Positions 35,601-46,341 of a DNA stretch of 64,000 nucleotides are shown piece after piece. The stretch spans positions 12,588,001 to 12,652,000 of the forward strand of contig OZ076409.1 in assembly GCA_964187785.1 (NCBI GenBank), written 5' to 3'. This stretch comes from Amphiscolops sp. MND2022. Lineage: Eukaryota. The notes beneath the pieces were generated by a model. The model was not told the origin of the DNA. It worked only from the letters and a program-made list of their open reading frames with translations, and searched no databases. Positions within the stretch are counted from its first letter, which is position 1; each line of letters begins with the position of its first letter. Both the position numbers and the translations under genes were made by a program.

Positions 35601-38600
35601 ACGATCGGATGACGGCTTAGATAATCCGTAAGCGGAATGTTTTTACCGGCCGTGTATTGAATATTAATATCGAAGTGGCTCAATCTATCCAACCAACGAG
35701 TTAGCCGTGCGCTGTATTGTTTGTGTGCCCGATTCTTTTTCAGTAACGGTTGTAATGCCTGGTGGTCTGTTAGCAAATTAACTCTTTTACCGTAAACGTA
35801 ATATCGGAAGTGCTCTAATCCCCATAAAGCTCCCAGTAACTCTAGTTCATTTATTGCGTATTTTCTTTCGCAGTCGGTTAAAAATCTACTGGCAAAAGCT
35901 ATGGGCCTGAATTCTATACCTTCCTTTTGCCATAGGGTCGCTCCCAGTCCAGTATTGCAAGCGTCTGTTGTGATATAGTTGTCCCTTTTTGGGTCGAAGT
36001 GGGCCAGACACGGGGCTTCCGTAATTTCCTTCTTCAGCTGTTCAAAGTCGTCGTCTATTTCTGCTGTCCAATCCCATTTGACATCCTTTTTGAGTAATCT
36101 CCTCATTCGATCGGTTTTCTTTGACAGATTATTGATGAATTTGGATAAGTGTTGTATCGATCCAAGGAAGGATTTTAACTCCTTCACGTTTTTTGGTGCG
36201 GCTAAGTTCGTAATTGCCTCCGTTTTGTCCTCGATTGGTTTTACGCCATTCTGATTAATAAAGTAGCCGAGCCAGGTTAGTTCTTTCTTGAACAGTTCCG
36301 TTTTCTTTTCGCTGGCTCGGTATCCGGCGTTTTGTAGTTTCTTCAGGACTTCTCGCAGTTCTTTTTCATGATCATCAATGCTTCCATTCGTCACGCAAAT
36401 GATGTCATCTAGCCAAACAGGGGTTTTAAATTCTAGCACGTTGTCAATGTGTTCTTGGAATACCGTCGGAATGTCAGATAATCCGTAGAAACCCTTCTTG
36501 AAGCGGTAATGACCAGTGAAGTCTCCACCAATTATTGAAAATACACAGTGTTTGGCTGCTTCTTTTGCTAATTTTGCCTGGCCGTAGGCGTAGTCCAGGT
36601 CTATTTTAGACATCCAGATTTCGCCTTCGCCGTTAGTTATTTTGGTGGAGATTTTGCTGATTAATTCCTCCATGTTTGGCATTGCTGCTTTTCGCTTTAC
36701 GCATGCCTCGTTAAGTTTTCTTGAATCCAGGGCGATTTTGACCGACTTGTCCTTTTTGATGGTTATGACGGCAGGGGAAATAAAACAATTTTCTGTAGTC
36801 TCTTCCGCTTTCTCGATATGTCCCGATTTGATAAGTTTCTCCAGTTCATCTCGGACGCTTTTTTGAAAGTGTATGGGGACTGGTCGTCCCCTTTGTTGTA
36901 TGGGCTTTACATCTTTCTTCAGCTGAATGTCGATTGTTAGGTCTTTTATGGTGTGGTTGTTTTTGAATAAGTCTTCGTGTTCGTTGATAATTTTCTTTCG
37001 TCTATCTTCTTCTTCCACATAGCGGATCACATTTGTCTTTTTGCTGCCTTGTAGTCCAATTTCCAGTCTATCCAGCCAGTCCAATCCCAACAGTGGTTGT
37101 GTGTTTTTGTTCTCTGTGATCAGGATAGGTAATGTCTCTTTGCTTTTTTCCGTTTTCACTTCGACCATGGCCTCGCCCTTGAATTTGATGGGGTTTTTAT
37201 TCACGTCGACAAAAGTTTTTGTCGTTTTCTTTATGTCTTTTGGTGTGATAATTGGAGGTATGATGGTCACGGGTGAGCCTGTATCAATGATAAATTCTAT
37301 TGGTTGGCCATGGACCAATAGGATTGCTTTGTAAAAGTCAATGCGGTTCACACCGTTGACGGACTGAATATGGTCAATCTCCGGCCATGGTTCGGTACTG
37401 CTGTCCGATGAAGCCGTTTCTTTTATCCGGCTGACGGTCTTGGATTTGCATACTTTGGCAAAGTGTCCCATCTTTTTGCAATTGTTGCATTGAGCCTTCC
37501 GTGCCGGACAGATATGTTCCATTGACCAGTTTGGTTTTCCACAAAAGCGGCAATCCCGGTTTGGAAATTTCTTTTTCTCGGTAAAATTTGTTTTGCGTTT
37601 CCGTGACTGGTTGGTATGGCCGATCAATTCGGTGGATGTTGAGCTGTTTGATGAATCTTTCCGGGCTTTTTTGCTTTTCGGCCTCTTGTCCCCGTATTTT
37701 CGGTTGTAATTGTCAAGTTCTATCGTGTCGAGGACGAGTTGTAATTTCAGGGGGCCTCTTATGAATTTATCACGGGCTTTTTTGTCTTTTATTGTTGATG
37801 CGAATTTGTATGTAATGATTTCCTCTGCTGTGATGTTGCCGAAGTCGCACTTTCTCTCGATGTCTACGAGTCTCTTCCAGTATTCATCGAGTGTTTCATT
37901 GTCTTCCTGCTTCATGTTAAAGAACTGTGCCCGGCTATGAAATATATTTCTTGCAGGGAGGAAAGTTTTCTTGAACAGGGTTAGTAGTTCGGAAAGATTC
38001 ACTTCTTTCAGTTCACGGCCCCATTGACCTCTCATGATTTCATGTTTGGCTTTTGGGCCAAGTGCCCAGATAACATCACTTTTAATGTGGTAGACTGTGT
38101 GGGGATCCATGTATTCTGTCCCTTCATCGATGATTTCTTCTAGATTTCGGTTATATGTCAAATGGATGTATTCCGAAATCTGCTCCCACCACATTTTGGG
38201 ATTGATTTTGGTGAGGTCTGTTTCCCTGTCTGATAGTATGGGAATTTTGTATTTGGTTTTCTCCATCCGTTCTGACGATGTTGTAGTGTTGTTCGTTCTG
38301 GATGATCGTTCCGATATATTCGGCTCACCTTCATTTAGGTTCGAATTGGTGTTGTTGTTTTCCATTGTTTTGATCAGATTGCTGACTGCGCCATAAAGTA
38401 AGTCAGGAAAAGTTCAAAGAATGTATTAAAACTGGAATGGTTCAAAGTAACAAAGCTGTATCAAACGACTGTACTTCATCTTCAACTTGTATCTATGTGT
38501 AACTACATGACTTCAGAACATAAGATCATTGGCAGGTAGTTTTGTGTCATGTTATTCGCCAAGGTTTATCATTGACACTTGTTGGATTGACACATTTTTG

Positions 38601-38614
38601 ATGCTTGTGTCACA
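32668..38614 (-). mobile_element. Intact Ty3/Gypsy (probably Mag-like) retrotransposon in intron 3 of the metaxin-like gene
   Basis: 221-bp LTRs 32668-32888 and 38394-38614, identical by eye; TSD GACGT at 32663-32667 and 38615-38619; PBS TGGCGCAGTCAGCA (tRNA-Ser-like); PPT GGAGGAGGGAA. Confidence 0.97.
33017..38365 (-). CDS. Gypsy gag-pol polyprotein, 1782 aa
   Basis: Two zinc knuckles (CRFCG..., CNNCKKMGHFAKVC), protease IDTGS, RT (IDLDYAYGQ, WLDD), RNase H TDAC, integrase HHCC with DFAG and TDNG; uninterrupted. Confidence 0.97.
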   Translation of the reverse strand: MENNNTNSNLNEGEPNISERSSRTNNTTTSSERMEKTKYKIPILSDRETDLTKINPKMWWEQISEYIHLTYNRNLEEIIDEGTEYMDPHTVYHIKSDVIWALGPKAKHEIMRGQWGRELKEVNLSELLTLFKKTFLPARNIFHSRAQFFNMKQEDNETLDEYWKRLVDIERKCDFGNITAEEIITYKFASTIKDKKARDKFIRGPLKLQLVLDTIELDNYNRKYGDKRPKSKKARKDSSNSSTSTELIGHTNQSRKRKTNFTEKKKFPNRDCRFCGKPNWSMEHICPARKAQCNNCKKMGHFAKVCKSKTVSRIKETASSDSSTEPWPEIDHIQSVNGVNRIDFYKAILLVHGQPIEFIIDTGSPVTIIPPIITPKDIKKTTKTFVDVNKNPIKFKGEAMVEVKTEKSKETLPILITENKNTQPLLGLDWLDRLEIGLQGSKKTNVIRYVEEEDRRKKIINEHEDLFKNNHTIKDLTIDIQLKKDVKPIQQRGRPVPIHFQKSVRDELEKLIKSGHIEKAEETTENCFISPAVITIKKDKSVKIALDSRKLNEACVKRKAAMPNMEELISKISTKITNGEGEIWMSKIDLDYAYGQAKLAKEAAKHCVFSIIGGDFTGHYRFKKGFYGLSDIPTVFQEHIDNVLEFKTPVWLDDIICVTNGSIDDHEKELREVLKKLQNAGYRASEKKTELFKKELTWLGYFINQNGVKPIEDKTEAITNLAAPKNVKELKSFLGSIQHLSKFINNLSKKTDRMRRLLKKDVKWDWTAEIDDDFEQLKKEITEAPCLAHFDPKRDNYITTDACNTGLGATLWQKEGIEFRPIAFASRFLTDCERKYAINELELLGALWGLEHFRYYVYGKRVNLLTDHQALQPLLKKNRAHKQYSARLTRWLDRLSHFDINIQYTAGKNIPLTDYLSRHPIVPTEIAELENKADGQNEAEADEEFVINQIYGLFEFNRERGSIKRFTEQLNARENSDQSQHDKISCEQNSNTHLFKTSPLPINIIDRESSNSKMDKVNGIDMNFIFKKRGHSPETKRLWIERNHFLKPDRTRIVGKGKESERIQEYRPNQASRKRIAEINIKIYNRFFRYCETLETTPLLEYQQNNNESWLHNNQSDGESETSHIKRDKCPTSALKKFKKHETVNLIRLKQTAIKNTLSNDQNQGTEETIKRVEKDFALDIPLLVDETARDIKILNAIAAIENQQPDSIFYPYRPHRSHLSTRFGLLFYNDRIVIPENMRTTVIAMLHHGHTSAGKMEKLAEAFWWPGMNREIHEKAESCPSCRAAGKNLTTQIPSTEKNNLDILTEPNQEIQLDFAGPIKSKTRGDVYILVAIDRFSKWPTAHICKSADTRTVKKFLSKYFTDNGIPRVIRTDNGSCFKSIEFKQFCKDQNIKRIRCTPNLHTGTGLVERAIRSIKSLTRANMADGLTFEDSVQLAIRTIRQTPHSKLKMTPFQMHLGRKPRTALINLIDKPECLLANWKKTLTNYVLAQPTELQVVTINDAGGELADYLVLNEPKKKGRSVSRDFKNYQFDEKENKPNSMKCGFKTNKISTEVAETKHTVTTSEGKIIHKKLASKPLKFQTPRKPEEQRRPTNRCRRCGKFSSGDLCETHLRLEVARQDNNNNEPGTSYTAIPTMPSKKRTYSRVILHDSSSNDSEPTNDQADMTTSEGEATEDITLRDMIGREVERLRSETPMPSSPIGCSTELVPPEDTAQPDTSGTPIRNQGTSGIETVHQNATGKVRLKQNDNGENNPLDLTIEPRRSERIKNAKRTVKLGGVEYF

Positions 38615-40110
38615 GACGTTTACACGAGATACAAGTTTTTAAGAAAGTAATTTACCATTACTTTGTTAACCATTCCAACTCAAACTCAAACTGAACCAGA
38701 ATTGTCTAACGGCTAACTTTAGGTGATGTCTAGCACATTGTATCAAAAGAAATGTCAATTTTTCGTTACTGCGTGCTTCAATTTTTTGTTATCGAGAGCA
38801 TGAAACCCGATGTTACCCAACGTTTTGTTTATAACGCCAAAACGAAACACAGATTTCTAAAAGACTGTCTGCAATTCGTAAACTCTTGTCGATAAGTCAA
38901 GAGAACCCCAATAATGGAACTTCTAGATAATCGGTTTCAGGATAAAACGAAAAGCCGCCCAGATATTGAGTTCAAGTAACCATTTCGCCCCAACGTCCAA
39001 TCACAATTCCAAAAGATTTTTTAGTTTTCGTGATTATTCAACTTCCACTTGTTTACAGACATTTATCACGTTTTTTATAAATGTTTTCTTAGCAATTGGA
39101 CATAAAGAAATGTTTTTGTTTTTCAAATTGTTTTCACAATAGCTAAACGTAATGCACGAAAAAATCCGCCAACCCTTCCAGAAATAGTTTTTGTTTTGTC
39201 TGTCAAGAAAAAAGAAGCAGATGAAGTTGAATATGCCCTCATAACATTGGGTAACTTTTAGGTTTTCGTTGAATAAGCTCCAATCATTTTTCGTGGTTAC
39301 TCTGGGTCATTTTTTTCTCAAAATTCGCCACAACGACAGGTAAAAGTATCAATGAAATTGACTTCGATTTTGAAATAATTGTTACCGAAATCTTTGTTTG
39401 TCACTTCCAAATGAGAACCAGGCTTTACCGTTAACTATAACGTAATCTTGTATGTAACCACATGTGACTCGATACAGTAAACTCACAATTTTACGATTCT
39501 CGCTAATGCTGTGTTTTCGATTCTCCAAATAATACTGAGCAGCTTAATAAAGCTTCGTCAGTCAATCAGAATATTTTTTTTGTCTTGTTTGACATTGTTC
39601 AAGATGCCCATGTTCACACTAGAAAATTTTGAGCTTCCTCCTAATGTGTCTATGTAAAAAAGTAATTACAAACCCGTAGTTGTGAATCTAAATATTTAAT
39701 CCTGGTATTTGTATCGAAATAAATTCAGTTCAGATTGTCGATTTTCTTCTCAAAGTGTCTCAAAGTTTAAGTTTGACTGTGGACAGTCCAGTCAGTGGAT
39801 GAATCGGAAGATGAATGAAAACAGATAAAAGATGTTTTTATGCTACGCAAAATTCAATTTATACCGCAAACCAAACACTAATCCTAATACATAGAGTGGT
39901 GTTGTAGGCTAAGTTCCCCATTATTTGTCTCAGAAGTTTCAAACAAACTCAAATCAGACTAAATTTCAAGAAATTTTGTCAAGACCTTTTCGCTAATAAT
40001 TTGGAATCTTAGATATATGAGCAGAAAATGGAGTGTTCCAAACACTAATATAAATTAGGTTTAACTCTTTTACAGAGCTGTGTGTCCCTCCCAACAGAAT
40101 TGAATGGCAG

Positions 40111-41018
40111 CCCGTACTGACACTCCATTCAATCCCGTTTGCGATCGGGATTCGCAATCAAAAAAGTTGCGATGGCCATCGATGGACCATCGATGGGATT
40201 TGGATTATCGCCCAGCGCATGGGGGCATTTGTGGAGCATTTTAGGGTTAATCATATCTAATTTTAACCTACTCTCATTTCCTTTTGAGCCTGAGTAAGCA
40301 CTCTCGAGCCTGAAAATTACTTATTTCGGAGCCTTGCCCTTGAATTGTTTGAAAAAAAATGAAAAACCTGGCAAAATTGCAATTATTCGCATGAAAATGC
40401 GACGGAATCGAGCTTCAATTGCTGAGAAAACCATCTGCTTGTAAGAAGAAAGAAGATCTGAAATATGCAGAAATTTGACTCCTAAAATACGCATTTATAT
40501 CAAAAAAAGTTTGTTTTTTCCTTGAAAAATCAACAGAATCCGGGTTTTCTCAAAGATAAATAATATGGATAACTATGTATAACTTCATTTCCGAATAAAA
40601 TATTTGGGCATCCTCGAAGTCCCGAACAAAACTTAAATAGGCTGAAAAATTTGAATGGCGAGAGTTTTGTTGAAATTTTGAACATGGCCAAGTCGAACGA
40701 ATTTTTGTGATCGAAAATTTCGATTCCCTTTGCAATTTCCGATGGTGTAAACTGGTCACTTAACGAAGCTGTGTCAACTAGTGTAACGTCCTATCAATGC
40801 GTGTAATGTGTGACAAGTGTAAAACTTCCAAAAAATTATTCGCGCTCTGATTGGACAAAAATCGAACTAGCAGGATCCTGCTAGTTCGTTACCGGGATGT
40901 GTATCGTAATGGTTAGAAAAACCTCATCGATGTCAATCGATGGACCATTGATGGCCATCGATGGGCCTTATGGGACTGCGATGGCCATCGATGAACTGCG
41001 ATGGGATCTCAGTACGGG
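40111..41018. mobile_element. Non-autonomous TIR element with CCC...GGG ends (CMC-like)
   Basis: TIR CCCGTACTGA...TCAGTACGGG, flanked by AG on both sides; repeated CCATCGATGG palindromes; 26-bp perfect palindrome at 40863-40888. Confidence 0.7.
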
Positions 41019-42243
41019 AGATCAATTTGCCTAACATGAAAATGGAGTCATACCAGCAAATAAAGTCGACTTGATCACGCTGTTTTGACCCAGTCTTTGA
41101 GTTTCATAAGAATCCAAATATTTTCAAATGTTTCAAACAAATTTTTTGTTTCTGAACACAAAGTTGGAAAATTTTCAATTTGAATTAATTAACGTTATTG
41201 AAAAAATTCTGAAACCATTCCGAAAGAAGAAATTTTAGCAGAGTAGGTTCGGAAACCGAGTACACATGAAAACAAAAAAAAGAATGAAATCGGAAAACTT
41301 CAGCAGCAATGGAAATTAGATGGTGACTAAACATAGAAAGCTTTCACCAGGTGCAGAAAAAAGCCGCCAATGTAGTGCTCATTAGAGATCAAAGAGTAAA
41401 TACTCTTTAAAGAGACCAAACACCTCCTTTGGACTAACCTTTCGCAAAATTCGCTGTAATCACATCTCAGTTTATTCAGCACCTATTCAAGGTGGTACTT
41501 CATATAAACGCTCACTTTAGGACTGTTTGCTTTATAAACACTTCTCTAATTAGTTTTTAACGCCATGATTGAGAAATAGAAAAAATGTACGAATGTAGAT
41601 AAACAAGAAAGCATTAAAATGCAAAAAAATGTACTGTATAATGCATGATTTTAAAAGCCATTCTGTATTTTCCGATTCTTTCATGGGAACTGATATTTGG
41701 TCTCTTATCTGATACTGCATAAATACTTTCGAAAATGTCCATAAAACAGTTCTTAATCTCTTATGCGCTATCTTCGAATTTATTTGACAAACTGATGTTG
41801 AAATAACACAATAAAATAGATTGATGAAAAAAACTCGTCGCAATTTCAAAATGAACAAAACCCTTTTGTGTTTTCCGCGCCCGCAGGAAAATTTTACTCA
41901 GGGCATAGATGAAGTAGTTGGAACTTTGGTAATTTCGCATCTTGATCCGCTGTGTGAATGAAGGTCAAAGCGATCTTTCCTGAGGATTTTCAGTTCAAAA
42001 AAGACTTTTTTGTTCTTTACACTTTTCCGAACCCCACACTACAAAAACATTCTATCTCATAGCACGCAACAGTTCATGTATTAGATAAATAAGGTGACCT
42101 AGACTTTCGTTCCCTTTTAATATAAACTTTGAGAAACACATAAAAAGCGATCGATTGTTTTAATTCTTAACGACATTATACTCTCAAGTTTCGCTCTATA
42201 GGTTAAAGTAGAAAAATTGGTGCATATTATCGTTCAAACTAAC

Positions 42244-44632
42244 CTTATCTTTTTAGGGACAATCGTTAGCGACACACAAGTATCATGAAGCACTGGCAGA
42301 AAGGAGTAGTAAGCCATGAATGCCAGAGTGGGCGAGTCCAGGGCTTGTAAGTAGTCCATCCCTGGCACGCACGACAGCTGGACAGACACACTTTTGGAAA
42401 AGAGGTGCCACGAGGATGAAGAAGCCTTCTGAGCTGGTTTCGATGATGACTCATCTGAAGGTCTTTCTAATGTACTACCTTCACTTCTCTCAGAGACCAG
42501 ATGAATCGAACAGGAATCAGCTATGGTGTCCGTTTCTAACTCGCTCTCCTTGCACAGCGTGGAAGATTCTTCATCTTGTATATCGTCAATATACGGCATC
42601 ATAAGACTCAAATTATCATCGTCTTTTCTGTTGCAAATCATTTCCTCCATCTGTCTAGAATTTATTGCTTCTCTTAAAGCTTTCTGGTCCATTTCGTGCG
42701 CAATTTCTCCAAGAAGGTCCTCACCGGCTTGAGACTCAAACTTCATCAGGTCAGATTGGGAAATGGCATGAATTGGGGGATTCGTTTTGGCAAGGTGCAG
42801 GTCTAACGCCGCGTAGGAGTTTTGGGCAATAGAAACATCGGAGTCTATGCTTGGAAACATTTCGCTGCTAGTTTTCTCCTCAAGATTTTCCCAAGTTGTT
42901 ATTGCTAAAGTTTGGCTTTGAGCGGAAGATAAAGTTTCGCTGCGTTCACTTCCAAAGTTTCCCAAAGTTGAAATGGATCCAAGATACCCAGACTCTAATC
43001 TTACATTCGACCCAACAGCGTCTTCAAACTCAGCGGCTAGAGGAGCAATCTTTTGGATACTTTCACTTTCCGAGCGCGTGTCAATTTGAGACAGCGAAGA
43101 ATCGACGCTGTAAGGGTTACCAATAACAGTACCAATTGAAGTTTTAGATCCGGAAGTGTTACTGGATGCTTTGGAAACATCTGCTTTATTGACATTGTGA
43201 GTCCGATTCAGAATTCCAGGAGAAAGCGTAGAAATTGACAATGCGTTTCTGTGAATGATGGATTCACGGTTTTGTCGATTTCGTAGCTCTCTTTTCATAT
43301 CTCTGGTGCTAAGACAGCTCAAAGTTTGAGCCGACGAAGCCAAAGCGTTTGATGGTATTTTAAACTTTTGCAAGCTGGGCTGTGGATGCTGTTTATACAT
43401 GCTAAGTTCGCTGGATCCACCAAAAAGTTTCCTATCTATACTCGCGAAGTCAACGCTCTGTTTTAACGGCGTGTCTCTCAAATTGATTAAACTTGGCTCT
43501 TGAGAAATTTCCGAGAATGTTTTGGAAACAGTCAAATCAGCAATATCATCGTCAAAGTCTAGAAAAGATTTCAGTGATGGGTATTTATTGGAAGCCAATG
43601 ACGTAATTGAACCAAATTTTGGCTGTGAATCGCATTTCATCAGAGATATACTGGGGTCAACAGTTAGTGAGAAGTTACTTTGTTTAACTGAGTTTAGAAG
43701 AGCATTGCTTATGGTTTCTGAGTTCAAGTGCTGAATATTGAGTGAAAGATTGGAACGCTGCTTAGAGCTGCTGGCGTCTTTGGGGTCTCGTCTAGGGTAT
43801 GCTTGCAAACTCATAAATGAACCTCCGAGGAACGAATTGGGTTTGAAAAGTCTATTGGTTGACGACTTCAGGGTTTTCAGGGGTGAAGATTTTGAGGAAT
43901 TCATCACGTTGATTTCCGACGCGTTATTCGAAGCATTGCTAGCACTCATATTTAGAACAGGAGCACTTGAGTCTATAACTGCCCGAGGCGCGTTGAAATT
44001 ATTGAACGCGGTTAAGCTACTGCTGGTAGGTTTAGAGTTTCTGCCAAGCCCCAATGACGCAGCCGAAATATACGGGTAAGTTTGAGATGTCGCCAGATGC
44101 TCAATTTGTTTGAGGGACTCTTGGTAATTGTTGAGTTCGTTCTGAAAGTCGTCACCGTACGATGACATTGTGTCTAGACTCTCGTTGTAATGTGGGGCGA
44201 TGGGTGCCGATGCTCTCGACCCTCGAGGACCCAAGTAGTAGGCTGACTTCAAAGCACTGTTGGAAAATTCCACCATCGACGGACTGTCAGTACTTCTGTC
44301 AGACAAACCAGTGCTACTGATGGATCCCTCAACATAGCTTCTAACTCTGGGTTCACCGTCAGGTTCCTGGTTCTCTTTCCTCATCAGTTTCACTTTTTTG
44401 GGTGAAATGTTTTTGTCGACATTTCCGTGACTATGGCCCACTCTGTTTATTGCTTTGAGAAGGTCTTTAAAGTTCAAGTGATCGTTGGAGTCATCTTCCA
44501 CGTAACGATTGAATCGCTTATCCAGCGATTTGCTTCGCTTCTGGTTGTGATGCTTCGTCCGACTGTGTTTTGTGGTCGTACTGTCATCGTGAGAACCAGA
44601 GTATGGAATGGACTCAACGGAAGGTGCTCGTA
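42244..44632 (-). CDS. MTX1/3-like: Metaxin-like gene, exon 3: ~750-aa Ser-rich region plus start of the metaxin domain
   Basis: 2389-nt stop-free exon; acceptor ttttcag, donor gttagt (phase 2, matching exon 4). VQLSCVPGMDYLQALDSPTLAFMAYYSF aligns without gaps to metaxin-1 [28 protein letters not shown]. Confidence 0.85.
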
Positions 44633-44684
44633 CTGAAAACAAAATCCACTCCAAATTTCATTTTTCGAATGCCATGTAACCTAC

Positions 44685-44799
44685 ATTTCTGTGCTTGTTG
44701 CAAAAATGAGTGGAACTTCCAGAAAGACTTTTTCAATAACCATGAACGTTTTGAGTACTTAAGTGTGAAATAGTAAAAGTAATTGTAATGATGAACTTC
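44685..44799 (-). CDS. Metaxin-like gene, putative exon 2
   Basis: Acceptor ttgtttcag, donor gtaggt, 52-nt intron to exon 3, phase 0-1; EVHHYNYFYYFTLKYSKRSWLLKKSFWKFHSFLQQAQK. Confidence 0.6.
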
Positions 44800-45674
44800 C
44801 TGAAACAATTTTTTAAAAGTTTTTTCTGAGCGCTATACTTCATTTTTCAAGTCCGAATTCAAATTTTGAAAACTTTCAAACTCATTCCTAAAAAGAGACC
44901 CGTTGAGCAGCGGGATGTTTTCTGCCCCGAACTATCCTAGTAACAGCAAAGTTTTAAGGCTTGAGCGTTGCCGAAAATCTGTGAAAATGAGAAACTTTTT
45001 GACATGGTGATTGTTCTTATTTCCATTTCAAAAACGCTGAAATTTTCTCTGAATAAGAGTAAGCCAAGAAGATAAGTGTTTCGGCAAACCAGGTGCAGCA
45101 AACACCCAGAAGTTGAAAAAACAGAAGAAAAAAGTTAAGCTTCTCTATTCCGCGGGTGGGGTCGGGGGTTCCCTATTTTTGATTTTTGAAGGCGGTACTC
45201 TTCCGAATACTATCTTCTATCAAGCTACAGTTCCAGAGCTGCAACCTTGTAGTCAACCGATGGTCTGTTGGAGGCTGTGCTTTGAAAGTGACTTGCTGTA
45301 GGTCACATAGGGCTGACTGGTCGTCGAATTTTTAACTTTCACTTATCTCCGTTAAATGTTTTCTCTTGCTAATAATACCGCTGAACCGCGGACAAGGAAC
45401 TTGCTCGAAACTCAACAATGCTGAGTTGAAAGGCACTCAAGCCTCATTCCCCACATGAACAAACGTATTTCGTGAAAAGAAATTACTACACATACGTTTT
45501 TGTAAACCATTGTTGTAGGCGACTTTTGAACAACAATGCAAATAATAGAAATTAGTCGGAAATTTTGGCTTGTCGTGGTCTTTCTCAGTCCTATTCGAAC
45601 TCACAAAAACTGCATATAAGTTGCCGAAAATGCAAAATCTCGTTTTTTGGTTTCTTTGAGTTATTTCGACCCAC

Positions 45675-45716
45675 TTTTTGTGCACACAGCTTTTCGATCA
45701 CATTCCAAGAAAACAT
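45675..45716 (-). CDS. Metaxin-like gene, putative first coding exon (MFSWNVIEKLCAQK)
   Basis: ATG with an in-frame upstream stop; phase-0 donor gtgggt; completes a 3108-nt CDS. Confidence 0.4.
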
Positions 45717-45945
45717 CTCGGATAGTTAATGTTTCCGTTGTTGAACTCCCCCAATATTATAACATAAAATCTTTCAGAAACTGTCCAAATTGATTGAAAA
45801 GTGGAAAATGGAAACGATCGGGTGGGTTTTCGGGTCATTTTAGCCATCTCCAGAAACTTTATTTTACCATCTCTATAGACATTCCACCAAACCAAACCTA
45901 TTCCGTGGTAGTTGACTTCTGTAGATGAAACTCTGTAATTTGGGT

Positions 45946-46341
45946 AAACAAGCCGAGAACGGAATACGTCGGCGCGCATAAGTTGGACCTAATTTTCCCG
46001 CTAAAAGGGGGGACCCTTTCGGATTTTTCATCCATTCTGTCGCAAAACATCAAAAAATTGAAGAGGGACCCTTTGGTGGAAAAAATTTTTCGAGAAAATG
46101 TCTCACAATGCCAAAAAAAACTGAAAGGGGGTCCCTTCTATCTCGCCCGAAATAGTATGTTGCGGCGAAAAAAAAAGAAAACAACCCTTTTGGTTAAGTT
46201 CCTTAGGCCAAACGGTCCAATTTTCGTTTCAAAACCTTAAATTTTTGAAGAACTTCTAAGAACTATTTTGTTCAGTTCGTGTGGATTGAAAAAAAGTCAC
46301 TATAATAGTAGCGGTTCACTTCATGAAGCGCCGACTAAAAA
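45946..46341 (-). mobile_element. HINE-like element
   Basis: AAACAAG...GTCGGCGC and GCGCCGACTAAAAA ends; GGGACCCTTT motifs. Confidence 0.6.

Noticed and set aside
42244..42390. Resemblance of the exon end (LDSPTLAF...LTIVPKKIR) to the SLC4 anion exchanger cytoplasmic domain
   Set aside because: No downstream SLC4 exons found; the gapless metaxin alignment and phase match to exon 29183-29456 explain it better.
45698..45979. 93-aa ORF with IILGEFN, reminiscent of a LINE endonuclease
   Set aside because: Too short and weak, starts inside a repeat, and overlaps the putative 5' region of the metaxin-like gene.
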